In this document: in pieces, positions 52,714 through 64,000 of the stretch
Layout: every line of letters begins with the position of its first letter
How positions within the stretch are numbered: the first letter of the stretch is position 1
From: Octopus sinensis
Lineage: Eukaryota
DNA length: 64,000 nucleotides
Assembly (NCBI RefSeq): GCF_006345805.1
Contig: NC_043004.1
Coordinates: 27,900,001 to 27,964,000 of the forward strand
Direction: 5' to 3'
Made by a program: the position numbers and the translations under genes
The notes under the pieces: generated by a model
Databases searched by the model: none
What the model was told of the DNA's origin: nothing
What the model saw: the letters and a program-made list of their open reading frames with translations, nothing else

Positions 52714-52990
52714 CACAAACATAATAATACATACAAAGGATCAAAGGCCCTTCCCGTGCCTTAAGCTTATAAGACTGGTTTCCTGAATTCTTTGGCGTAT
52801 ATATTTTTCTCTTGGACGGAAAACCTGTCCGTCGCAGGATTACTCATTTTTGCCAGCTGAGTGGACTGTAGCAACATGAATTGTTTTATTCAAGAATACA
52901 ACAGACCGCTTGCTCTGAGAATTGAAATGAAAATCTTACAATCATGAATGCAACACTCTAACCACTAAGATACGCGTCTCCACACACACA

Positions 52991-53060
<70 letters not shown>

Positions 53061-53475
53061 AATACACTATATACTCCAGTCTGAAAAGTAGCTTTAAATG
53101 ACCCAGAATTGTATTTAATGGAGACCTCGTCTGATGGCGACTATTTTGTAATTTATGGATATGTCCAAGGAAAGTTGATAGGTCCTAGTTTTGCCAATAT
53201 TGTAGACGATCAGCTTCTTTTCCTGTTTAGTCCCTCTCCGTGTAACAGGGTGTGAATGTTAGGCAACACTGCATGATTGAGGAATTCGTTGTCCTGTAGC
53301 ATTCAGCGCACTCAGAGCAACTGGTATTAAAGCTTGTGCCGGCTTTAACAGCCTTTCCTCGCGAAAAGAAAATACAATTAAAGGGCTATAAAAATGCGCA
53401 GAAGAGAGGAAAAGAAGAATTCTTCGGGGAAGAAAGTCTATTTCCTTGTAAAATGAGAACATAAATGAGAACATA

Positions 53476-53897
53476 GGCGCAGGAGTGGCTGTGTGGTAAG
53501 TAGCTTGCTAACCAACCACATGGTTCAGGGTTCAGTCCCACTGCGTGGCATCTTGGGCAAGTGTCTTCTGCTATAGCCCCGGGCCGACCAATGCCTTGTG
53601 AGTGGATTTGGTAGACGGAAACTGAAAGAAGCCTGTCGTATATATGTATATATATATATGTGTATGTTTGTGTGTCTGTTTTTGTCCCCCTAGCATTGCT
53701 TGACAATCGATGCTGGTGTGTTTATGTCCCTGTTACTTAGCAGTTCGGCAAAAGAGACCGATAGAATAAGTACTGGGCTTACAAAGAATAAGTCCTGGGG
53801 TCGAGTTGCTCGACTAAAGGCGGTGCTCCAGCATGGCCGCAGTCAAAATAACCGAAACAAGTAAAAGAGTAAAAGAGTAAAAGAGAGTAAAGAGAGT
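53476..53897 (+). mobile_element. SINE family 1, full length (reference copy)
   Basis: GGCGCAGGAGTGGCTGTGTGG..GGTTCAGTCCC..[TA/TG array]..GGGGTCGAGTTGCTCGACTAAAGGCGGTGCTCCAGCATGGCCGCAG..(GTAAAAGA)n. Confidence 0.92.
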
Positions 53898-54094
53898 ATA
53901 TCTTTAACAGGAGGAACCAATTTCCTCCCCGATTGAAAAGCAGGTTACAGCCGTTTGCAAGGAAAACGAGGAACTGAAAGACATTAATAAAATCTGCTTA
54001 GAATCCTAGGATATTTTCATACGCAAAGATAGAATAATAAACTAGCAGTAAACTATTTCTGCTCGTAATGATATTTTCCACAAAAAGTATAATG

Positions 54095-54290
54095 CCTAAG
54101 ACTTGAGGGGAGGGGGATAATCGATTACATCGACTCTAGTGCTTAACTGGGATATATTTTATCGACTCCGAAAGGATCAAAGGTAATGTCGAACACGGTG
54201 ACATTTGAACTCAGAACGTAAAGAGCCAGAATAAACACCGCTAAGGGTTTTGTCCGACGGGCTGATGATTCTACCTACTCACTGCACTAA
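54095..54290 (-). mobile_element. Decayed SINE family 3
   Basis: tcgattacatcgac..atcgactccgaaaggat..gaactcagaacgtaaa. Confidence 0.7.
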
Positions 54291-54988
54291 TGACATTACT
54301 AAATTTCAGTGATAATTGCTCAACAGGGCGTAACGCACGTGCTAACTTACTGGGTGACAAGCAGAATTCCTATATGATGATTCCGAGCGTGTTTACGATG
54401 TCTTCCCTGACAAATATCCAAGAAACGTGGCTTGTCCACGCTGACCCAGGAACTTTTCATGGACCTCCCAAGTCTAATTAGCAATGATCAGGAAGTGAAG
54501 AAGAGTGGAACAGAAGCATAATCGAAGCCGGGGTGTACTGTGCCCTGATCAACGTAAATGGACATTTCATTAATTATAATAGAACTTGATTTAATTGTTC
54601 TGGAATAACTTTCAAAATTATTCTGTGAACTTATTTGCATGCATTTAAAAATTAATTTGATAAAAAAAATTATTATGACTTTCGTTTTTATCCAACCTCT
54701 TTGCCTCGCCCTACATATGTTTAGTAAAGAAAGATTAATTAATGGCACTTATGTTACTATATGTGTCTGTTTTATATATATATATCGATGGGTGAATGAA
54801 TTATCCTGTTTACCGTCAACATGGAAAATTCGATGAAGCGATACCAGGGTAGCAAATTCACGTCAGAAACACGGTTGAAGCGACCTATCCAAAGGTAGAA
54901 ACTCCGGGTTCATGTGCAGAAATTTGTGTGTTATATATGAATAAATAATTAAATGGAGTTGAACGAAGATGTTAATAAAATTCCTTTA

Positions 54989-55070
54989 CTTTCGACATAT
55001 GTTTCGAAGACAACATGGTTTTATTCCAAAGGAATAAACGGTGTAAGATGCAATCTTCTCATCAGGAAAG
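54989..55070 (-). ncRNA. Canonical type I hammerhead ribozyme with an extended stem/loop II
   Basis: Minus strand CTTTC-CTGATGA-GAAGA(T..G)TCTTC-GAA-ACATATGT-C-GAAAG. All core positions are intact, stems I and II are 5 bp Watson-Crick, triplet GUC, predicted cut between 54994 and 54993. Confidence 0.85.
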
Positions 55071-55109
55071 AAAGGGAGTCTCTCTCTCTCTATATATATA
55101 TATATATAA

Positions 55110-55499
55110 AACGTCAAAAATAACTATCGTTTCTTTCAAAAAAGACAAAGAGCTAATAGGACTGCAAAAAGGAAGTGCTCAGATAAATGAGGCAATGATA
55201 ATTAAACATTGGCCATAGAACAAACATTAAAATGAGTTAACGACTTGATATACGGTATCAAACTTCCAACATACATCATATATAAATAAATATTACCATA
55301 GCTTTCATAATATATAAATCAAAATATAAAATATATAAGACAGAAAATCATCAAGGTAAAAATATGCAACGACTATTGAAAAGATTGTAAAACGCAACAA
55401 AAATTTTTGAAAAATTAATAAGAAATAAGTGGAAAATTTCCGGTGAGTGTGTTAAATTATAAGGCACCAAATGAGAATGACTCTCCCCAGACACAACAG
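55110..55499 (-). mobile_element. Repeat upstream of the 54989 HHR (likely the same PLE pseudo-LTR); second copy at 63870-64000
   Basis: cgcaac.aaaattttt..ggtgagtgtgttaaat.ataaggcac.aaa..gactctccccagacacaaca is shared by both copies. Confidence 0.65.
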
Positions 55500-55599
55500 N
55501 NNNNNNNNNNNNNNNNNNNNNNNNNNNNNNNNNNNNNNNNNNNNNNNNNNNNNNNNNNNNNNNNNNNNNNNNNNNNNNNNNNNNNNNNNNNNNNNNNNN
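55500..55599. other. Scaffold gap (100 N)
   Basis: Run of exactly 100 n. Confidence 1.
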
Positions 55600-56210
55600 T
55601 TGTTGTTGTTTTTGCTGTCGTCGATGTCGTCCTTGTAGTCTGTATTGCTCAACATATCAAAATTAAATAGTGAAATATTTACATTTCTACTCCAGGTGTA
55701 ATGTTTGGCTTTATGTAAACTAGTGATGGAGGAGAAAGGAGGAAAATAGTCGATCGTGTGACATTTATGCCTGCCCCAATGTCTTATATCAAATAAGATA
55801 ACCTAATAAGGAAGATATCTAATAAAGACATCTAATAAATCGACGCAAAAATATGGTTATATTTCTTTTTGTCAGTTTTTGAGTATATATACGCACAACT
55901 TTTGATACCTAGAAGAAACAATTGCATGAGCTTCTGTGACAGTCGTGCCCTTACCAACAGTTTGAACGTCATATAAGACATGAAATTTCAAAATTCATGG
56001 AAGAATATTTTGGTGATTTTTTTCTAAGGAGGAACAAATTGAAATAATTATAAAAAAGAAAAAGGTGAAAGCATGATGCGTTGTGACGTCATTATAATTT
56101 CATTTACCCTGAGTAATATAAATTTTATGTTATTCAATGAAGGTTGCAATATACAAAATCATTGATTTTACTTATATTATATTATATATATATATATAAT
56201 ATATATAATA

Positions 56211-56243
<33 letters not shown>

Positions 56244-56297
56244 ATGTATATATATGTATAATATATGTATTATGTATATGTTTAAGTGTATATATTA

Positions 56298-56400
<103 letters not shown>

Positions 56401-56654
56401 GCATACATATATGCAAACACAAACCACATACACATATCTCTACCACTGCTTTTAGATATTTCGCATATGTGTTGCCCCCTGGGTATATAACGGAATTTAT
56501 ACTGACATTAATTTGTTTGTTGGTCTATTTATATATCTGTCTATTATCTATCCAGCTATATACATTCCAGTGTGTTGTGTGTGCGTGTGCTCACGCGCGT
56601 GCGTGTGAAATATTCATGGCCGCAGTCTAATGACTGAAACAACTAAAAGATATA

Positions 56655-56706
<52 letters not shown>

Positions 56707-56859
56707 GTGCATGCGGGCATTTATATGCCTATATATTATGTCTTATACGTATTAATACTACAAAAACACATGTACATACATATATATACATGCATATATC
56801 TTAGACACATTTTTTATAAATACATACATGCACGCACAAAAAACACACATATGCATGTA

Positions 56860-57155
56860 TGTATGTATGTATGTATATATGTATGTATTATGTATGTATG
56901 TATTATTATGTATGTATGTATGGCATTGCAGATGTATGTAATATATGTGGTATGTATGTATATGTGTTGTATGTATGTATGTATGTAGTATGTATGTATG
57001 TATGCATGCATGCATGTATGTATATATGTATGTATGTATGTATGTATATATGTATGTATGTATGTATGTATGCATGTATGTATGTATGTATGTATGTATG
57101 TATGTATGCATGCATGCATGTATGTATATATGTATGTATGCATGTATGTATTATG

Positions 57156-57186
<31 letters not shown>

Positions 57187-57230
57187 TGTATGTATGTATG
57201 TATGTATGTATGTATGTATATATCTATGTA
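56860..57230. repeat. (TATG)n microsatellite; similar arrays at 1-95, 7135-7190, 27700-27865, 62650-62722, 63622-63800
   Basis: Directly visible. Confidence 0.95.
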
Positions 57231-57318
57231 TGTATTTTCCTTAATTTATCATCTCTCTTTTAAAATTTTCGACTACGATTTATTTATTTGCTTTATTAGT
57301 TATGAAAATTGCATACAT

Positions 57319-57350
<32 letters not shown>

Positions 57351-57452
57351 ATTATATATATATATAGATATATATATATATATATATACTTATTTACTTA
57401 TATACTTATATATTTATACTTATTTCATTTGCCAACTTTACAAAGAGGGTAG

Positions 57453-57484
<32 letters not shown>

Positions 57485-58304
57485 ATGTATATATGCATAT
57501 ATATATATAAATATATATATACACAATGTATATATGTATGTATGCATGTGTGCATGTATGTTTATGTAAACAATTTCTATATAAATAACACGAACTGCAG
57601 CCGAGCATTTTCAAAGGAGAGGAAAATAGACTAAAAAGGACAAAATATATGCATTGAATGAAAAAAAAAAATTTGCAAAAGTGTTGGAGAAAGATCGATA
57701 TGAAATCAACGATCATCTATGTCTGGCAATATTGCAGTAGTTGTGTTGTAGATGTCTGTACAACCTAGCAGTAGTAGTAGAAGTAGTAGTAACAGTAGTC
57801 GTAATATAAAAATTGCTGCTTCATGTCGACATCACTTCTGCAGTATTTCTCTCCCTTTAGCTACAAGGCTCTCGCTCGACATAGAAACATGAACGGCTGT
57901 ACTTGGACTATAATTTGAATTACTATGATGGTCTAAAACTGCTCTGTGTATATGTTTATACGCTTATGCGTGTGTGTATATGTGCATGTGTGTGTGTCTC
58001 TGCGTGTATGTGTGTGTGTGTGTGTGTGAGAGAGGGAGAAAGAGAGAGAAAGACTGTGAGTGAGTGAGTGTGTGTGTGAAGATGTATTTAACTGTGTGTG
58101 CGTGTGTGTTTACGTGTGTGTCCGTACCTTTGTGTCTGTGTGTTCGCATCTTCCTGATTGTGTTCCTACGTTAGTGTTTTGTTGTGTCTCTATGTGTGTG
58201 TGTGTGCGTGTGTGTGAGCGGATGGTTAGCGTGCGTATACATAAACCTGTTTCATACACACACACATACATACACATATTTGTGTCAGTGTGTGTACACC
58301 CTCA

Positions 58305-58336
<32 letters not shown>

Positions 58337-58419
58337 CTTTGCTTTTGTGTGTGTGTGTATACATATATATATATATATATATAAATATATACATACATAC
58401 ATACATATATACATACATA

Positions 58420-58814
58420 CGCAGGAGTGCCTGTGTGGTAAGTAGTTTGCTAACCAACCACATGGTTCTGGTTTCAGTCCCCCACTGCGTGGCATATTGG
58501 GCAAGTGTCTTCTACTATAGCCCCGGTCGACCAATGCCTTCTGAGTGGATTTGGTAGACTGAAACTGAAAGAAGCCGTCGATATATGTATATATATAATA
58601 TGTGTGATGTGTGTGTGTTTGTCCCCTAGCATTGCTTGACAACCGATGCTGGTTATTTACACTCCCTCGTCACTTAGCGGTTCGGCAAAAGAGACCGATA
58701 GAATAATTACTGGGCTTACGAAGAATAAGTCCCGGGGTCGAATTGCTCGACTAAAGGCGGTGCTCCAGCATGGCCGCAGTCAAATGACTGAAACAAGTAA
58801 AAGAGTAAAAGAGT
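58420..58814 (+). mobile_element. SINE family 1, near full length
   Basis: Matches the 53476 copy throughout. Confidence 0.9.
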
Positions 58815-59089
58815 AATACATAGATTTATAAATACACACACATGCACATACACACACATACACACAACCGCACACATCTCAGGCACACACAAACACACAC
58901 ACGCATACACACATTTTCTGTGTAGAGACAGAACGAGTGTAAAGCGTGTGTGTGTGTATATCTGAGCGTGTGCATGCACGTATAGGTGTGAATGAGTGTT
59001 AAGTGTATGTGTGTTGAGTGTCTGTGCATGCGTCTAACACCATTTCTGTGTGTGTGTGTGTGTATGAGTCTGATAAAGAAATGGGCGTC

Positions 59090-59155
<66 letters not shown>

Positions 59156-59328
59156 CGTGCTTTAGCGTGTACACGTTCGCAGATTTGATTAGATAAAAAT
59201 TTTTGAGCCTATGTATGTTAACACCAGCTGAAATCTGTGTCCGTGTGTCCGTGTGTTAGTGTTATCGGTGGAGCAATTCTGACCGAATGGAAATGTGTGT
59301 GAGTGCGAGTGCAAGTGTTTATGTCTGC

Positions 59329-59377
<49 letters not shown>

Positions 59378-59950
59378 GTGTGTGTGTGTGTGTGTGTGTG
59401 TATGCGCGCGCGCGCGCGTGTGTGTGCTTGTGTGTGCTTGTGTGTGTCTGTGTGTTTGCATCTGTGTCTGTGTGTTTGCATCTGTGCCTGTGTCCAGGGC
59501 ACACAATTAATGAATCTACACACAGCTACGTATATGTTTATCTCCTTATGCACCCGCATATACGGCGGGGGGTGAAGAACGAGTGCGTGAAGTCGACATT
59601 TGATATTGTAGTTGTTTCAACCGGCTTATGTACCTAGGAGGGGCATTATTGCTAATATAACACATTCCACCCACAAATTATACATGAATATATATATATC
59701 ATATACAGGCTTATGTGTGTATTCACATCTTTTCAGACACAAGCACAGCATGATTATTGACCCAAATATGCAAAAATATTTCCATGCGTGTGTGTGTATG
59801 CATATGTGCGTGTCTCTCAAACAATCAAGCCATCAATCAATGAATGAATCAATCAAATGCTCTATCTGTCAATCTATATGTCTGTTTGTCTGTCAGTCAG
59901 TCTGTCTGCATGTCTGTGTGTGTGTCTGCCTGAATGTCTGTCTGTCTGCC

Positions 59951-60031
<81 letters not shown>

Positions 60032-60096
60032 ATCTATCTATCTATTTCTCTGTGTGCGTTTTATATATATATAATTATATATATATATATATATAA

Positions 60097-60275
60097 ACGG
60101 AAGCTTTATGAAAATAAACAAAAGACGAAGGCATGTTGAAAACAAACGAACAATTGTATTAGTAATGCGCTCAGGAAATATAAATAAAACAAGTCCTTTA
60201 ACGTTCGAGCCTACGCTCTTCAAACAGAAAGATCCAGAGATAGAAAAACACAGAAAAAAGGAGAGAAAAAAAATG
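60097..60275 (-). mobile_element. PLE pseudo-LTR remnant with decayed HHR (CTGTTTGA..GAGC gtag GCTC GAAC GTT)
   Basis: Homologous to 15293-15508 and 46359-46500. Confidence 0.6.
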
Positions 60276-60917
60276 CGTGCAGTAGCTAACGAATCAACAT
60301 GGCGATCTGATTTCGGCCAGAGGTCAAAGATCAAACATGAGACGCGAGAGCGAAATAAGGGGAGATAATAGGGTTGATAAAAGGGTTTGAGGGACCAGCT
60401 AAAGTGCGTGGGAGGGTCTGGATGTGTGTATTTATTCGTATGTATAAGGGTGTGTGTGTGTGTGGTGTGTGTGTGTATGAGAGAGTATTAGTGCGTAGGA
60501 TTGGTCTGGACGTGCGTATGTATGGGTTGGGGTATGTATTAGTATGTATTAGTATGTATTAGTACGTATTGGTATGTATAGGTGTGTGTGTGTGTGAGAG
60601 AGTATAAGTGCGTATGCGGGGTCTGGACGTGTGTATGTATAGGGTTGGTGTAAGTATAGTATGTACTAGTATGTATTAGTACGTATAGTATGTATTAGTT
60701 GGTGTGTGTATTAGTATGGCACATCATATGTGATGTGATGTGTAAAGTCATGTGGTTGTAGTGAGGAGAAGAGGGGGAGGGGGAAAGAGGGGGAGGGGAG
60801 AAGAGGGGGGATAGAAGGGGAGGGGAAGAAGAGGGGGAGGAGAAGGGAAGAGGAAGGATGGGGAGAAGGAAGGGGAGAGGAGGGAGCAGAGGGAAGGGGA
60901 AGAGGGAGGGATATATA

Positions 60918-61616
60918 TATAATCAAAATAAGCAACAAGGATATCCAAGGTAGTGTAGTACAATCGTTTCATGCTACTTCATTTTATTAAACAATGTAAG
61001 TATTACATCAGTTTTAAAATGTAGAGCAATCTTCAGCCACATATAGAATTTTTTAAAATTAAATAGACAATGTACATTTTTATACTTATTTCATTTGCCA
61101 ACATTACAAAGAGTGTAGATATATAGACAGAGGGGTTAATTTCATCATTAAGAACATGGTAGTAGAAGGTCATTATTAGGTTATCTTATGGAGGTTTTTT
61201 TTTATTTGGTTCAATGGCGACAAACAAGAATTCTTACTATTTATAGATAGAGGAAGGGGTAGTACAAATGTCAAAGCCATAAATCTATCCCCATTATGAG
61301 GAATTTAACTTAGGCATATTTGAAATGTATTTTAGCTAAAGTTAGTAGGCCGAAGCTAGTGGGTTGGGAGAATAGAAACTACTAATGTTCTAGAGATTTC
61401 TAATGTCCTTTACCATTTAACAGCCATAATTTTGCTTGTGAATTTTAAATAAATATCCTTTAGATAGTTTTTTTAATTAAAACAATTCTATATGTGGCTG
61501 AAGATTGCTCTACATTTTAAAACTGATGTAATACTTACATTGTTTAATAAAATGAAGTAGCATGAAACGATTGTACTACACTACCTCGGATATCCTTGTT
61601 GCTTATTTTGATTATA
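60918..61616. repeat. Inverted repeat: ~145-bp arms (60918-61063 / 61472-61616), ~410-bp spacer
   Basis: tataatcaaaataagcaacaaggatatcc...cagccacatatagaatt vs its reverse complement; nearly identical (ccaagg/ccgagg); TA at both outer ends. Confidence 0.9.
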
Positions 61617-62139
61617 ATCACCCCATTTGATTTATATGGATAATACTATACCAAATTCTGGTGCCTTTAACTAAAGTACCAAATTTATCTGAATCTAAAT
61701 TTTAGTGAACTTATATATATATATATATATAAATCAATAAATGGTGGGGTTGTGTTGACCGCACGTAGAGAAATGATAGGCAAGGAAAAATTATAAAAAG
61801 GCAGAATGGTAAATATATATATATATATGTTTGTATATATACATATATATGTGTGTTCGTGTATGGCTATGTATACACTCGTATGCGTATATACTTGTAA
61901 TCTCTCTCTTTCTCTGTCTCTCAACTATATATATGTGCATGTGCATGTATATGTGTGTGTATACCTGTGCGTGTATATACGTATATACCTGTAATTAATC
62001 AAATAATCAATGAATGAATGAATGAATCTAATCTATCTATCTATCTATCTATCTACCCATCTATCTCTATAATTAGTAAATAAGTCAGACATGTGTATAT
62101 ACGTGCAACATATATGATATGTAAAAAAAAAAATGTAAA

Positions 62140-62480
62140 AGACCCCCTTCGGTCATGAATGACCATGGATTGCACCTAGAAAGTTTACCCTCCTAGACAT
62201 AAGTCTGGGCAAGTTGTTTATGGAAGACCCAGCAGTCGCCCATGCATACAACAGCCTCCCCTCTCCACGCCACCAGTGTTATCCAAGGGAAAGACAAAGG
62301 TCGAATACAGCTTGGCACCAGTGACGTTCCCGCAACTCTTTCTACAGCTGATGAACTGGAGCAACGTGAAATAAAGTGCCTTGCTCAAGAACACAAAACA
62401 CGCGCCCGGTCCGGGGATTCGAGCTCACACCTCACGATCGTAAGCTCGACGCTCTAACCACTGAGCCATGCGCCTTCACA
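62140..62480 (-). mobile_element. tRNA-derived SINE (head related to family 2, different body)
   Basis: Minus strand GAAGGCGCATGGCTCAGTGGTTAGAGCGTCGAGC..GCTCGAATCCCCGGACCGGGCG (A/B boxes). A more decayed relative lies at 52850-52982. Confidence 0.75.
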
Positions 62481-62721
62481 TATATGATATATGGTATATG
62501 TTATATGTATACCATAATATATGATATATGGTATATGATATATGTATATTTTTATATATCATATGGATTACGATTAAATACTTTAACTATAGAATACATG
62601 TAATACATATACACTCATGCGTACATGTGAGACTATCTTATGCTTGCATATGCATGTATGTAGTATGTATGTATGTATGTATGTATGTATGTATGTATGT
62701 ATGTATGTATGTATGTATGTA

Positions 62722-63620
62722 TGTCATTGTTCAGTTTAATTTCAAGATTTCTTGCTAATAGAGGAAGAGCCGGTTTCTAACCTAGATCCAAAGCTCCTTT
62801 ATTGGAATTTCAACATCAACAATAGGGCATTTTTGTTTGTATGTATGTATGTATTTTTGTATGTATGTATGTATGCATATCTGTAGATATGTAAGTCTTT
62901 TTAATGTATGTATTCTCATGCATATAGTTGCATATGTAGACATGCTCATATAGATATTTAAATGATAAACTTCTAGAAAATATTGCAGATTTTTACAGTT
63001 CCAGTGATGGAGTGGTCTTCGAAATAGCTTTCTCCTTTCTGGTTTCTTAAGTTCTTAATTTCTCATTATTGGTATTTAGGCAGTGTGTTACATATCCCAG
63101 GGCCCCAATAATTACAGGTATAAACCTAAACTTGTAATCTGGATAGATTAACAGCAGATTTCTCAATACTTCAGGGTAGATATTCTTTTTTTCACTGATC
63201 TTCAGCTTTATGCTAACATTCGCTAATTTCCAAAACTGTACACAGTTTCTCTTCTCCATCTCAAATCATTATATCAAGTCTGTTGTGCTAAGATTTTATC
63301 GAGGTCTTCACTGGGACATTCCACTAGTAATCCTTTTTATTACAAATGGTTATAGCTTCCGTCATACTGTGGGTTCTTTCTTCGTCCTCGGGATTATCCT
63401 TATGACGGATTCATTACAAAGTTATAGGGTTATCCTTCTGACGGTTTTCATTACAACATTATGTCTCATCGGTAGATATCATACTTACGATGTGGGTGAG
63501 ACATCTTCGGTGTTAACTCCACAAAGGCTGCATCGGTTGTCACATTTTACTGTTTTTCCTCCATCTCTAACACTTTTGTGCATCAGGTATTTTGTGGATA
63601 TTTACTTTTTCTGAATTGTA
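62722..63620 (-). mobile_element. R4/Dong-clade non-LTR retrotransposon, 5'-truncated (CCHC knuckle + restriction-like endonuclease + 3' UTR)
   Basis: Joined frames: KYLMHK..RD..CDNRCSLCG..EDV.HI..LPMRHNVV..WNVPVKTSIK..HNR(P)DIMI(W)D..KLCTVLEIS..KISEK.NIY..LRNL..YPDYKFRFIPVIIGALGYV. Confidence 0.85.
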
Positions 63621-63651
<31 letters not shown>

Positions 63652-64000
63652 TGTATGTATGTATGTATGTATGTATGTATGTATGTATGTGTGTATGCAT
63701 GTATGTATGTATGTATGTATGTATGTGTGTATGCATGTATGTGTGTGTGTATGTATGTATGTGTTTATGTATGTATGCATGTATATGTGTATATATGTAT
63801 GTATATATGTAAGTCTAAATATATATATATATATTTCGTTTTTGGATTTGGTTTGCAAGATTCTTTATATGAGTTCGAAAAGGTTGCAACACGCAACGAA
63901 AATTTTTGGAGAATAAAAATAAGAAAAGTGGATATTTTACGGTGAGTGTGTTAAATAATAAGGCACAAAAAGAAAATGATGACTCTCCCCAGACACAACA

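Noticed and set aside
57840-57920. Strong polypyrimidine acceptor tttctctccctttag
   Set aside because: Following frames close quickly and no donor or homology was found.

Overview
AT-rich, microsatellite-saturated eukaryotic DNA. I infer an Octopus-type cephalopod genome from the SINE families and repeat spectrum, but this is not verified. No host protein-coding gene can be supported, and almost every ORF in the supplied track is a microsatellite translation. The real content is mobile DNA. (1) A 5'-truncated Neptune-type Penelope-like retroelement (PLE; RT plus C-terminal GIY-YIG) sits in a 5.1-kb palindrome with ~2-kb arms and a hammerhead ribozyme (HHR) near each outer end. (2) Many smaller PLE remnants bring the count to about 17 recognisable HHR cores from roughly 7 sequence families, including one fully canonical ribozyme at 54989-55070. 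(3) There are three tRNA-derived SINE families (>20 copies or fragments). (4) There are decayed LINEs (CR1/L2 group, RTE, R4/Dong), a Gypsy pol remnant and a probable Helitron scrap. (5) DNA transposons include a DD37D maT, a DD36E Tc1, a piggyBac-type MITE and an ISL2EU-like TIR element. The most striking unexplained pattern is a recurring fold-back architecture (inverted copy of the 3' part, then an unduplicated spacer, then the sense copy). It occurs at scales from 26 bp to 2 kb, mostly on HHR/PLE-related sequence. A 480-bp tandem unit resembling a non-LTR retrozyme is also notable. There is a 100-N scaffold gap at 55500-55599.
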